Shown here: piece by piece, positions 1 to 14,500 of the stretch | Layout: each line of letters starts with the position of its first letter | How positions within the stretch are numbered: position 1 is the first letter of the stretch | DNA from: Antedon mediterranea | Taxonomy: Eukaryota; Animalia; Echinodermata | Length of the DNA stretch: 64,000 nt | Assembly: GCF_964355755.1 (NCBI RefSeq) | Contig: NC_092679.1 | Span: 23,729,432 to 23,793,431 of the forward strand | Direction: 5' to 3' | The notes under the pieces: generated by a model | What the model was told of the DNA's origin: nothing | Databases searched by the model: none | The model's input: the letters and a program-made list of their open reading frames with translations, nothing else | Made by a program: the position numbers and the translations under genes

Positions 1-27
1 AAAAGTTAATGTAAATTATAAACCCAC

Positions 28-1878
28 GTGTTTTACACTTCCAGATAGAATGTACATGCTCTGTAGTTGAAGACCGCACAAATCAAGATTCTCGTCATTT
101 AAAAGGCCGGTCACAAGAGATCCAGTTTTTCTCCACATCATCAACTTGGAACGAAGTATAGCCTCTGTGAAGTCAGACATATCTACTCTCTCAACAGTAC
201 CACCAGATAGATCAATCAAAGCTTCAGGGATATCAAATGTACAATCCATCGCCTCGTAACGTAATAAAAGCCTTCATTATAAAACAAAAACAAAATATGT
301 TGTTTGTTTGTTAGTTTGTTAATAGGATGGATAGTCAGCAGTGTCCTTTTCACTCGAGCTACTGTGAAAACTACTCAGTTCTCATAATATGAGAGCTTTT
401 CAAAGTGCTGGAGAATGGAGCAGTGACAAGGGTTTTCCTGCGCTATCTTCAGATTGAATTTTGTTATTTTAAGAATGTTTCTCTTTGTTGGTGTAAACTA
501 TTTGTATTAGGTGCTATAAGACTATCATTATCAAATTAGCAAACTACTATTCTGTTCCCCTTAAAAAGCACGATCCATGTCAACATGTATGAGCATGGAT
601 ACAATTATTCATGGTAGACCTAGTTTCCCAAAAGCTTAATTTTGATTTAAGGAGTGTAAGTTGAGATGGAATTGAAGTTTTGAAGAATATACGGTAATTT
701 TGATTATAACTGTACCCTTAGGCTTCACAACGTTGTTTCTAAAATCTAAAGTAGTTACACGTTTTGATACTGCAGAAGTTGGAATATGCATTGTCTTTGG
801 TAGAGGGAGGTAATCATGATAAAAATGATCATAAACAGATACGATTCTTTTCAAAGTGTTTAAGCATTTAGGACTTTATTATTTTATCTCGGGTATTGTT
901 GTGATGGTGACTTGCAGTAAAAGTGTAAAAGAACACTTACTTTGCCAATGCCTTTTCCATGAGAGGAGCCCAGAATTCATCTTTTGATTGGCAGTGACTG
1001 AACATCAGTTTACCATCCAGTGTTGGCAGTTGATCGTCAATGACAATTTCATACCAGGATCCAAATCTCCAAAATCTGAATCTAAAGATGCCTTTATAGT
1101 CGTCTTTGAACGACTGTTCTGGACAGACGTAGTTGAGTACGGACGGAACAAGCGTCATCCCTGCCAATGCATTCATGAATGACGCGTTTGCTGTAGGAAA
1201 ATTGAGTGAACTCAAACGTTACAGTGTAGTTTGTTGCAAAGCGTTTCGCCTCCATTGCCTATTAATTGTAAAAGAACTTTATACTGAATTTATAAATTAA
1301 AGACGCCAAAGTCTTACCAAGGCCCTCGTCTCTGGCTAAAATAACCTCATTAAAGGATGCTCCATCTTTAAAAAAGAAGGGTTCCTGCTTGCCTTCTAAG
1401 ATTTCCTAAGAGAAAACACGGTTTTGTCAGTTTATTTTTGGATGGAATCCAAATGTTAGGCCTAGTTAAAAGGCAGCAGATTGAAATTTTCTAGCTAGCT
1501 TCTATGCCCTAGGCCGTTGCAAATAAACATTGTGTGGGTTCCATGGAGTAGTTACTTCCATATAGTTACCGCCTTAATAAATTATGGCGAATAATATTGC
1601 ATACCCATGAATATGCCTAGTACAATTGATAATGTTAGTTATTGTAAGTAGTACTATTTATATTGAATAGAAACGCTTACTTTTGGACGTAGCCACCTGA
1701 TGTCATTTCGCCTCTCGTATAAGTCAAACAAATATGTATCTTCTTTAATGAATATAGACTCGTTACATGCCTTAAAACATGGATCTTTGAATAGGTTGTC
1801 CCTATTGTACTGACTATCTTCTATCAGATCGGCGTAGTTTTGGCCACAAATTGTGTTTAATTTGATGGACTTAGCCAT
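28..1878 (-). CDS. Calpain-like gene, copy A (exons 1-4 only; continues beyond the left edge)
   Basis: Exons 1878-1681, 1405-1318, 1190-941, 271-28 splice in frame: ...LFKDPCF...IRWLRPK/EIL...PFFFKDGAS.../...[26 protein letters not shown]...[13 protein letters not shown]. These are CysPc motifs. Almost identical to copy B at a +14,581 offset. Confidence 0.9.
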
Positions 1879-3344
1879 GTCTCAATAGACTTATAATCCA
1901 AAATGAATCGTAATATCAGATGAGAGCAGCTTTAATACTGAACAAACCACCACATCATTACAATAAAAGCTATTGTATTTTCATTGGGTTATTATGATTG
2001 TGTGACGTCAAACAATAAGTTCAATTTTAATGGTACATCATAAGCAGTAACTTATATATGTAACCAATATACCGTAAGAAAAGACATATTGGAATTTAAT
2101 TATGGAATAACAATAGTACTGCATATTATCATTAGGGGCAGTTTAAAGAGATTATTCTAAGGATAGCAATTTTCTATAACGCTACCATTTGTGTGTGTAC
2201 TGTAAATTTAGATTTATTTTTATTACAAAATAAAAAGGTTTTCAATTTAACATATGCATTTAATTGTTATGTATTTATGCTCCCTGAATACGCTTTTATG
2301 GCAATAATATTTAATTGTTTATCTTCGTTCTTTAAAAAATGTACTGATAGTAATTGCAGTTAGTCCCATCGGAAACCAGCTTGCGATTTCAATACATACA
2401 TTATTGAAAAAAATTAATGTTCAAAAATATTCTGTAAAATTACGTCATAGTTGGGCAAATGTCTTATCTTGCTTAACAATCTACAATTAGGTTTATCCAA
2501 TTCGACATTTTAATATAATGCCGCTTTTGAATAATTCTATATGCATAACTTGTATTTATACATTTTGTAAACTTGAACTCCAGCCTAGTGAAACACGCAA
2601 AAATGTATAATTATCTTTCTAAGGGAGATAATGAGGTAGATATACTCTAATAGTATATTGTGTGTCGTGTATGTTTGAAGATGTAGGCATATAGTGTAGG
2701 ACTTGTAACAACGAGGCAATGTAACTGTCAAAGAAGGATGAGTCTATTGGCGGTATCTACAAAAGAAGAAACAAGATGTTTGATACCCGCGATATCTAAT
2801 CTTATTATGATCTCTCCTTATTATTTTGGACAAGACTAATTCCAGATTTAAGTAGTCGTCCTACCATTGTTTTAAATGATGTCTTCGTGTTTTGTTTGAT
2901 CAACTGAAATAAGAATTCTGTTCCGTCATAACCGTATGTGATGCATGAAGATAAATGTAATTTTTCGGTTGACTTATGGAATTATATATACGAATGGTTT
3001 GATCGAAATTGCTATTGAATAAATTGAAAGAACGCTCATCATTTTTACCACCTTAGTTACCACAAAGGACTGCCTGAATAATATCATAGGAAAATATATA
3101 ATATCTCTATGGTAATATCGATTTAAATATTAACAAAATATTGAACTAATTCTAGTAAGTAGTAGTAATCTAGTAAGTGAAATATTTTTAAATATTATAA
3201 AATCTTGGTTTGTTTATTTACCTATTGTTATTATTTTTTCGTCTTGTTATTGTTAAATATATAATGCAGGTTATTGTGTTCCAAATCATAAACAGACGGA
3301 GCATGCGCTCTCTCGAGGGTTTGCTGAAAAAAAGGTCAAAGTTC

Positions 3345-3480
3345 AATTCAATTCAATTCAAGAAACATTTATTGACCAACAATATTATATCATAACAATG
3401 GTTGGCATATAATATATATAGTCGAGAGACTACAAAAGACAAACATTTTTTAAATGAGAGTCACCTGAACAGCTAGAAAG
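3345..3480 (-). mobile_element. Short 3' remnant of a (TTGAA)n-tailed non-LTR retroelement (also at ~17926-18060)
   Basis: Begins with aattcaattcaattcaag then a acatttatt motif, the same terminal structure as the LINE at 8349. Absent from the homologous position upstream of copy C (31258). The right boundary is approximate. Confidence 0.5.
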
Positions 3481-4744
3481 CGGCAAAACGGCCAATATCA
3501 CAAGGATTTGAAAGATGAACATCTTTTTACACAATTCTGTATAAACGCTAAACTTTACCTCCGACAGTTCGTACTGTGTCTGGTTAACGTTAATATAGCA
3601 TGTTTTGTTGGCTTTATAACATACCTGATTGTATTCTTGCAGTGTGATTGGTCAATTACGCATCATGTGTTATTTAGCTTTTTGTAAGTATTTTGAGCAT
3701 TTTGCCCGTCGACGTTTTTGACTCTGATCGAATTCGAACATCAACTTGTTGTGCACGCCGTCTATAACGGCTCAACTCAGCGTCCAAAGTTGAATGGCCT
3801 AGCTTCCCGAACTAGCATTCGTCAATGATTTACATTGAATATAGGCCTAAGTAGGTGTGTTATAAAATAAATAGTGCATTTTTTTATTTGGTCAACGGCG
3901 GATCTGGTCAATTTCGCCTAGATAAAATTTGAGTCGTCAGTTTTTCAACTCATGAATTATTTTCACCATCAAACTCATAAACAAGCTCTCCTATGATTGC
4001 CACATCTGCTTTATTCTGCTTTATCTGCATCACTTTTACAAAACATTCCCAATTATTGAGTTATAACTCAACGTGTTCAACCTTTTTTTTTGTACAAGAG
4101 TACTTTATGAATATGATTGAATGTCAGAATAACAATTATTTTCAAGACATCATCTGAGAAAGAAGTTATGCGATTGGAAAAACTTCATGCCGTAATTGCT
4201 AAATGAATTGTCAAATTCAGCTTATCCTCAGAGACCTAGATCAATTTATGAACGCATTTTACTTACAGATATTTTTACCATTGCGTGAATTTTAGTTATT
4301 TAGATAAATCACATATAAATGATATTTGTTTTATATTTCAAGCATTATGATATAGAACTTAGAAAGTTGATGGATGTCATATACCTCTATGATAAAATTA
4401 ATTGAAAAACCATCCTAAATTAAATTGTCGCTTGTGATTGGTTAACTTGAGTCACGCAAAGCTTTTTTACCGATTTCCAATACAAAACTATTATACCATT
4501 GTTATTATTAGTGACGATTGACGTGTCCTGAAGTGTACCAAGAAGGCAAAAAAAAAAAACAACAGGCATACCACTCCATTGCAAATGGTATGGCCAAGTG
4601 GTGATCTGACGGTGAGTTATAAATTGTGTTACTTTAACGAGTTATTACATTAGACTATAAAGTTGTTGCTCTTAGTTAAGTCAATCCACACCCTGAATGC
4701 ATAAAACAATAGAAATTTGACAAGTTTTTGTTCCATAGAATAAT

Positions 4745-4915
4745 CATTTATGCTGTCTTTGATAAAAATGATTTTTTTTTAATCCAATCCAATGACTTCA
4801 TGATAAATAAAAACAATAAAATCGTTGTAGTCAAGATATTATTACTCTTACTAATCATGACGTCATTTGATTGGACGTGTGAAAATATCATTTTCATCAA
4901 AGACAACATAGATGC
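4745..4915. mobile_element. Palindromic (foldback/MITE-like) element; second copy at ~19325-19496
   Basis: atgctgtctttgataaaaatgatttt...ccaatccaatgacttcatga is an imperfect reverse complement of tcatgacgtcatttgattgg...aaaatatcattttcatcaaagacaacat. Confidence 0.6.
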
Positions 4916-5573
4916 TTATCCTATAGTTATAGGATGAAAATTTATAAAATTCTCATTTGTTTCAGGTATGAAAAATGCATATTTATCAATTTATCGTCGA
5001 TCGTTGTCGTTCTAGTGTGTGAATGAGCATTAGGTCTACCCTTACCGGTTATTAAGTGTTTATTTGTAGACGTGCACTATACCGTATATCGATCAGATTA
5101 GTAGTGTTATAGTTTTAATAGTAGTTGTTGTAATACTCGCTGCACTTGGTTACGCCAGTAGTTCAGTACATAAGATGTAGAATTAAAATAAAAACTATGC
5201 TATATTTATTTATATATTCTGGTGTCTTAAACTTGCTGTTACTTCTTTCCGAGATTAAAGCTTGGCACATATTTCGAGCAACTGAAAAAAAAAATAAACA
5301 TTTAACTGTACTTCCAGATCTTCCGAAAGCTACAGGTTAGTTTGATTCGACAAATATTCGAATAAGATTGTTTTCATTCATTTCATTAAATTTTTAATCG
5401 TTTGTATAGGCCATCGAACTGTATTACTGTAAAATTTACGGTTATTAATTTGGAAAATGTAAGTACATTAACAAAAAAAACTTTAAAATTTAACAGTTTT
5501 TTACAGGGTAAACCTACTGTACAGTTCATTCCAAGTTTTATATAATTAATTTAGATTTTGCAATGCATATACT

Positions 5574-8500
5574 TTAACACCAGATATTGACTACCTTTGA
5601 AACGACTATCTATAAGAATACATGTGTAAATTTATTTCTAATATTTTATTAAAAGTGTACACGTTATTGCTTAAAAAACCCCCAAACAACTATGCCTGTT
5701 TGAGAGCAATGCGTAAAGTATTAGTAATTATAAAGAACTTTAGAACCATTATATTATTCATTATTAGTCTAATATTACTTACGTCTTCAAGTGTAAATTC
5801 CAGAGATTTCTCATTTGTTCCACCGAGCTTTTCAAATTTTCCTGCATAGTAAAAATATGGTAGAATTTTGATGGATGAATGAGGATGGATGATGATGACG
5901 ATGAGGAGGATGATGGATGGAATGATGATGAGGATGATGATGATAATTAATGGGTGATGGATGAATGATGATGGGTGGATGATTTATGGATGGATAATTG
6001 ATGAAAGATGATGACGACGAAGAGGAAGATGATTAGAGAATTTGGTGCTTAGGATGATGAATGATGAGGATGATAGGTAAAAATTGATGAGGATGATGGA
6101 TCAGGATGATGGATGTTGGTGGACGATGATTGATGATGATGATGATGATGACGAGATATAATGTAGGCCACTGGCAGAGTTCGTGCTTGATGGCTATGGC
6201 TTAGAGTCGAACCCAGGTAAGCAAGATATCTGATTCACACGGGCACTCTGGATCTTACAGTGTTACAACGCTTTTACACGGAATGTAAACACATTGTAAG
6301 ATGTGTATAAAATGTGAATTTGTGTACAAAGAATAAGAGTTTGAATAGGCTACTTACTGATAACGTAGCGAATCTTTGAAACCATTAGGAAAAATTTGTC
6401 GTATGTAATCTTATTATCACTGCCAACGTACCGGCTCACTAGGTGCTGCAGTACAGCGTCACTGGTTTTAAGACCTGAAACAGAATCCGTTGAATAGTTT
6501 AAAAAATGGTTCTTCGTTTGCATTTAATAAACTGTAAATATTGCATAGTATTTAAATATATATGTACGTTCAAGACTGCCGCTTTTAAAAAAAGGCGTGT
6601 GTTCAAATAAATGTATATACAATAGTCATGTCGTACGAAAGGCATATCAAAGTCTTAATGAATGGTTGTATCCAATTAGAGGTTGAGGACTCGGTGATGA
6701 AGTGACGGGACGGGAGTTTAAAAAACCCGCGGCGCTCCTACCCACTGGTCACTACCGTAGATACCTGCTCGTGACAATGCATCTCGTAACTCGCTCACAT
6801 CAAGAGTTTTGCTTTCGTCCTTATCAGCTCGAAGAAACATCATCTGAAATCAGAAACTAAGTCTAAACATTTAGACGATGCGCTAGCCATAATCACGTAG
6901 GCCTAAGGTCTAAAGCGAAGCTAAGTTCGAATGGATGTAGCCATTTAAACTTGCCAACTTTGTATTGGTAATGTTTTACAACAAAATGGAGTTGACTCAG
7001 TCAAATCCGTCTCATATGCCACTGAGTAATATTAAAATGAATATGATTTTTTACTTGGCGAAATAAAATGTTGTCAATTATAGTAGGCATCTACTTGCTT
7101 TGTTTGCCTGTTTATTTGTACGATATTGTTTAAGTTATTGTCCTGTATAATTGTTGACGTTAATAGATATCATACCTATTAGGAAAATTGATATATTGGT
7201 AAATTATTATATTGATAAATCATTATATTGATATCTCCAGTTACCCGTATCTTAGCCGAAATATTTAATAGCCTGCCCTCTGTCGCTCTACATTTTGCCA
7301 AGTGTTGTATTTCGCTGTATCTATTATTATATTAGTTATTGGTACTTACATCACAGTAAAATGACCATGCTCCAATAGCAATGCCTTCATTGACAGAAAG
7401 TTTCCGAGAATCGTCTTCCTATAGTTTTAAGCTTAAGGAATTTAGACAAAAAACTTGCACTTCTTTACCGTATACCATCAATAGATCTTATAGATCTAGG
7501 CCTAAGTCTCCATCCATGTTCAGTTCAAGATAAAATAATTCATTATTGACATGACCAGAAACATACAGGAAGGGTAGCATACACTTTTTGGCGCTCTCAA
7601 TGTTATTTATTTCTAGAGACAATATGTTAAATCGTGAAATATGTTAACCATTTTGATCAGAGCATGAATTTCTTCCCATTTGATGATGGTAGACGATGAT
7701 GGTGCCCACATTGGTTACAGGGAAGCCTGATCCGAATCATCCCAGTTTCTTATTTTACATTTCAAATATTTTTGGAAAACTTTTTTAACAAAAGGATACG
7801 TCAAACAGTGAGGCAATAGCTGCCGACGTCTCATGTGATATATCAGAAGGAATGATATCTATAAGAAATAATATTTTTTATTACATTACAATTTATTATT
7901 ATTATCTAGACATAGACAGATGATCATTAGAAACTGTCGAATATAATTATGCCAAATATGACTTCACTTTAAATGTTACATAATACATAATAAAGAATTT
8001 ATTGTGGTGGCGTACTGAGACATATAACATACTTTCTTGTTTCCAACGTACAAAGAAGTTATCCAGTTCTGAGTTGTCCATCAACCCGTCCTGTAAGATG
8101 TAATTGGGTTTAACTGTTTACGGCTGGAATACTGCATGAACACAGCATCTTCATACCATTTATAAAATTTGCTAACATTTACGTATCATTTTTTTATAAT
8201 GTCTATCTTACAACTTTATTAAATCATACTTGATTTGTGGAACCCTTTCTCTGCTTTCAAGATGTAATGCTTTGTAAATGTTTATATTTTATATAACAAT
8301 AAATCAATTTAAAGCCAGAGTTAATGGATCTAAGGCAAATTAATATTCAATTCAATTCAATTCAAAGCAACATTTATTTTCTCCTTTCATATACAAAATA
8401 GATTTCAGTGATCAATAAATATGTAAACAAAATTCGAAAGAAGAAGGTACACGCCCAGAAAGATGAAAAACACATCTTGTGGAGGACGTACCTATTACAG

Positions 8501-11500
8501 ACACAGACAATGAAAATTTATAAAATAAAAAAAATATAAAAATAAAAAAAAAAATAAATAAAAAATTGACCGAGGAAAAGTTAATATTTGGCAATAAGGT
8601 GACTTTTAAGTTTAGATAAAAATGATTTACTAGAAAGAGAGTTTAAGATGGGGAGTGGCAGATCGTTCCAAAAAGTGGGTCCGGAATACCTAATGTTGTG
8701 TTGAAAGTGGTTGGTTTTATGGGTTGGAATATGTAATTTTGAACAAATACGGGTATTATGATAATGAATTGAAGAATTTGGAGTGAACATGGAGCACAGA
8801 TGTTTGGGAAGGTTGGAATTAATAGAAGAAAAGATGAACGAGCCTTGTTGGGTTAGATTGATATCGGAGACTTTGAGAAGATTAAGCTTTGAAAAAAGAT
8901 GAGATGAATGAGACAGGGGTGGGGCGCCAGATATAACCCTGATGGCCTTTTTTTGAAGAGTTTGAAGTTTTTTAATACTGGAAGGATAAGAGTTGCACCA
9001 GACAATATTGCAATAGTTAAGATAAGGCAGGATGAGGGAGCAGTACAGGATACGAAGAATGTTAGGGGGTGAAAAAGAAGAAAGTCTAGTGATGATGCCA
9101 AGACTTTTTGAAATTTTATTCTCAACAAAATTGATGTGATTTTTTCCATGAAAGTCGACTGTCAAGATGAACTCCTTAAAATGTAGCAGATTGGACTGAG
9201 GGAATATCATGATTGTTAATAGAAATGTTATAGTTTGCAGTATCAATGTTTTTAATTTTCTGAGGGGTTCCAAACAGGATGAAGTTACATTTTTTTGTGG
9301 TTAAGAGAAAGTTTGTTAGCTGAAAAGTATTGAGACATGAGGGTCAGATTGGTATTAACAGTATTAAATAAGGTTTGAATATCAGGGTCAGAGTAATAAA
9401 CAGTGGTGTCGTCAGCATATAGAAAAAAATTAAGAATTGCAGAAGAAAGATATATATCATTAATATATAGAATAAATAGGAGGGGGCCAAGAAGAGAGCC
9501 CTGGGGAACACCACAAGTAACAGGGTTGAAGTTGGAGACAGAATTAGAATACTTGGTACATTGGAAACGATTGGTAAGGTAACTTTTGAAAAGATCATAT
9601 GCGGGCCCTCTAATTCCATAGTGGGATAGTTTAAATAAAACTATGTTGTGGTCTATTGTATCGAATGCCTTTGACAAATCTATAAAAACGCCGATGGCTA
9701 GATGGCCACTTTCAAATGCGTCAACAATTTTGTTTGTTAAGTCAATGAGAGCCATGGGTGTGTTGTGACCTTTTCTAAAGCCATATTGATTTTTGTGAAG
9801 AATGTTTTGAGATAAATGAAAATGTACGATCGTAGATTACCCTTTCTAAAGCTTTAGAGAAAATAGAGAGGACAGAGATGGGGCGATAGTTAGAGAAATC
9901 AGATTTGTTTCCAGATTTGTAGATAGGGGTAACGCGCGCAAACTTCATCCTGTCTGGGAAAACACCCTTTAATAAAGCAAGATTAAAAATATGGGTAAGT
10001 GGAAAAGAAATGAGATCGGCAATATGTTTGATGGGCTTGGTTTGGAAATCATCAATACCGGGTGATTTGTTGTTTTTAAAGGTAGAAATGATTTTAAAAA
10101 CTTCGGCCTCATTGACTGGAGTAAAGAATATTGAGTTAGGGGTAGGGTTGGGTAAAAAGTCTTTAAATGATCTGTTACTATTGGGAATTTTATTAGCAAG
10201 TGAAGGGCCGATTTCAGAAAAATATTTGTTAAAGGCATTTGAAATTATATTGGAATCATTAGTCAACTCACCTTGAAAATTGAAAGTATTTGTATGTGTA
10301 TTATTTGATTTATTGAGCAGGGAATTAATTGATTTCCAAGTTGCCTTAATATCATTTTTGTGTTTGAGAAACGTTTTGTGAAAATGATTTTTTTTTGCAG
10401 CTTTAATTGTAGTATTTAATTTATTACGGAATTGTTTAAAGGCTGTTTCATTTTTTTGGGTGGGACAATGGATAAATTTAGAGTACAGTTTATGTTTGTG
10501 TTTAATTGAATTAAGTAGGCCATTAGACATCCATGACTTTAATTTATTATTTTTTTTTTCGTTTTTGAGGAGAGGAAAGTGTTTATCATATATTGATTTT
10601 AATATAAGTTCAAAGTGTGAATAAGCCTTATTTGGGTCATCAGTGTTAATAACATCAGTCCAATGTTGGGTGGAAATTTCAAGACGAAAGTTTGCCAGTG
10701 AAGTAAGGTTAAATTTTCTAAAAGTATAGTTTTTATTTGGCATTCCTTATGCCACTACTGACTTACCTCTCCAGCATATTCTTCAAAGACTGATTGAATG
10801 ATTTCAACCATCATTGGGTCAAGCGTTTTATTCTAAAATAAAGTAAAACATTGTATATCTATATAATTACGATCTAGTATAGCAACAATGCTGCTGCTGT
10901 GATTGGTGGGTTCCTCTTCTTGTGTTTTATTTTTGTTTCTGTTTATTTGTCTGAATACAGGGTTCTCTGGGAGAACAGTCTTTAACTAAAGAGGTCCCCA
11001 GTAAAAAGAAGAAATAAATAAAAGAAAAATAAAGACATGTTGAATTATACAACTACAAGTATTCACGGATGTTACTGTTTTGTATAGTATTATGACCACC
11101 AATGCATTTGGCCGTTTTGTAAACCTGATGTGTATTCTTCAATTGTATATAGGCAAATACCATAATTTGTATAATAGATCATAGACAAATTCTTAAAAAC
11201 ATGCTAATGTTTTACTCTAATTTTTACTGAATTGAAAATAATAAATGTAACGAACATGATTGTGATACGGTATCACGAAACTTTCCTAATGCTCAGTCTA
11301 CACTATCAAACTAGTTTGACAACAAAGTGTGATGTGACCAAATATGATATCATTATATCCATTTATGTGCACATCACATTTGTTTTTGTCAAATAAAGCT
11401 TGATAGTGCAGATAAAGCTTAACACAAAAGACACAAATACTTTTTAGAATACACCTACCTCTGATAACGTTGAAGTGTAAAACGATGTGCTGTTTGCCGA

Positions 11501-14500
11501 TCTAAAAAAATATGAATACTCAAATCAAGCTAGATTTTTTTTAGGTTTCCGTTATAAATGCATTTACGGATATAGAAACTACCAAAATACTGTACATAAT
11601 TGTGAACTATTTCTTGTAGATATGCAAAAAATCTGTAGACCATTAATTTTGTAGATTATTACAAATTACATTGATGTTTTAGTTAATAATGAGTACAATA
11701 CCGTATACTTACTTGGTCTTTGAAAAAGCTCTGCAAAAGAAACGCAAAAGGAACGGATATTCTTTGTCCTTTTCAAACGTTGAAGGAATGATGACGTAAT
11801 TACCCGGACCAAGATCCATGAACAGAGCAGCTTCTCGTATTCCTCGTTTGTGTTCAAATGAGTGTAGTGGTTTGCTTGCTTGTATGAACTCCATATCCAC
11901 TGGACATCCATTTTCTGTCTGTGAGTTAAAAACTATTAGTGTAACTAATAATAAAGAGGGTACAACAACAGAATATTACGAAGAAAAAAATTAGAAGATG
12001 TATAAAAAATGGAAAAGAATGAATGAATAAAGGTGTTAACCACGAAAGATTTAAAAAAAATTGTAATTGTAACTATTTTAATTTTTTGCTATTTAATCTG
12101 AATATTGCTTTCTGTAGCGCTTTGACCATATTTGGTGGAAAAGTGACCACAAGTATTTAATGTTCATCTGAAACATGCTCCAGCTGAAACAGTACAATTC
12201 CGGCACTAGTAAAGGCCAACCAATTTCATTGATCTACCTAGTTTCTCACATTTTGGATTTCCAGTAATTAACCTAAAGGTATTTATGTAGTTAAAGGATC
12301 TCAATGGAAATAAGATAATACGCCTTTTGGGATATCCTGGAAAGTATGTCATAAATGTGTTTATTTGTAACTTATGTTATCACTTTGTATGTATGATTAT
12401 AATTTCCTGATAAATACAAATCAAATCATGTTGGTAATGTCAAAACAATGAATGAATATTAATCAAAATGGTGTGTCACGATCAAATTAATTCGTGAATC
12501 ATTAAAACTAAATTCAGTAACTATTTTTAAGACAATTTAGAAAAAAATTACTTTGTACATATCAAACCCGAGATCAGAGTCTTCCCACCCGGATTCTTCT
12601 CTGTCTTTGCCAACTGCCATCAGAGAGACAACCACTAAATCACCATTATTGTCAACTTGTATGTTGTACTGGGGGTTCTTGTGGAAATCTAAGGAAAGAG
12701 AGTGCAGTAGTATAATTTGCTTGTTACACACGAAACACAATCATGCAGGGCACTTTGAAGAACTCATCTGTTTTTAGAAGATAACAATCGTAGAAGATTT
12801 TTTTTAATTTCCATTTTTAATGGTTTAGTTAGATTGTAAATTGAAACGAATTTAAGAAGATGTGATTTCGCGCTAGAGAGTGAGTCAACCGCTAATTGTA
12901 GGCCTACGGTTTGATGAAGATGTAATTTTTTGAAAATGTAATTGCACACCAGAGATCCTTGGGTAATGCCCAACTATTGGAGGAGATGAAATTACATAGA
13001 GGTGAGTTTCTTTGTAATTTTACTACCAATTTTTTGATATTGTATCTTTTTATTTGTTGCATACTTTCTTTATTATTTTCATAACGTCCCATAGCAGTTG
13101 AACCTTTTTGCCATTTATTCAAATGTTCAGTCACGTGCCATTTCACATCTTTGTCAGACAGCTCTGGTGGGATGTGAAGAATTCTCAGCTCGTTGAATCT
13201 GTGCAGGATGTCTTTGAGAACCATCCTTAAATAAATGAAGCAAATGAATTTTTTAATGCGCTGTTAAAATATTGGGGATGAGGTCAATATAATCATGGTC
13301 GCATGCGTCTAAATTTTAATTCTCAGTCGGCACGGTTAGTGCCATAGACAATAATTGGTTTCTATTGCGTGTGCTCGGTCCGTGCGACAAATCCACTATC
13401 TTGTTTTCTATTCGTTTGCCAATACAAAGCATTACATAGACGCACGGTCAACCGAGCCGATGGATATAATGATATAGCACGACCGATAGTCTATTCCTAG
13501 TTTAGCTTCGGTTGAGTACAGTGGCTCACTTACCAGAAATCACCATCGAGCTCACTTTTTATACCAAACTTTTTCATGGTATCTTTATCCAAAGATTTCA
13601 TTTCTTCTGACCTAAGATGTTAATGTAAATTGTTACGTTGTAATATGAATTGTTTTCGTTCATAAACAAAAAAATTAATAAAATTAATTGTACCTGACGT
13701 AACTTTATGACGATAACTCGTAACGAAAACTAGACGGTACAATAGTAGGCCTAAACTATTCCAAAAGGGACTAAAAAAGAGATTTTTTAATTATGCAAAC
13801 AACCAAAGGTTTGTATGTAGGCCTCTCTTGTGAGCAATATATTTCTTACTTGTCACCCCATGGTCCAGTCCATTCACAGCGTTCTGTGCTTAGAATTCTG
13901 ATGATACTTGCAGAGTTCATTTTACCATTGTTGTCATACGTTACCTAAAAGTTCACAATAAGATAAGAAATGAAAGGATTTTTGACTTATCGGTGTTGTA
14001 ATATACAACTAATAAATAAATTATGACAACAAAAAAACAATTTCATGAGGTGAAAGATGAAAGCATATATTTTCAGAAGGCGAATGAAATTATTTTGATA
14101 TATTGAACGAACATTATTTGTTTATAACAGACCATTCAAAATGAGACAGCGTTCACATTTTTAACATTGAAATAGAACAATTAGGCGGCGCACACAGCCA
14201 TATAATAATAATTGATCGAACGTGATCAGTCAACAACAGCCTGTGGGTGCACTGTGGAACTAAAATGAACGCGCAAAACGAAATGCAGTAGCCGCATAAT
14301 AATATAACGAAATCGCACTCTCGATTACGAAATTAGAAGTTAAATAGAATATTATTATTTATCTTTCAATCAAATTAAAATGGTCGATACGTTCTTATTG
14401 CATCATTATGATATCTATTGCTGCGTTGTATGATTGAAAACAGGAACACATCAAAATACCTAGGTAGCTTTAAATAAAACGTTATTTGAAATCATTGAAG

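Larger units (their letters stand above)
1..8348. repeat. Tandem segmental duplication, left copy (matches 14582-~22938)
   Basis: Direct comparison: near-identical at offset 14,581 for about the first 5.3 kb (only a handful of substitutions or 1-bp indels), then small indels up to the LINE insertion site. Confidence 0.95.

Noticed and set aside
636-854. Short ORFs in calpain introns and intergenic DNA (e.g. 636-854, 3210-3395, 4728-4937, 5146-5340 and their duplicates)
   Set aside because: AT-rich chance ORFs with no motifs. They recur only because of the segmental duplication.
5870-6152. Possible acidic (poly-Asp/Glu) coding exon
   Set aside because: Frequent TGA stops and frame shifts. 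It lies antisense within a calpain intron whose flanking exons join in frame without it.
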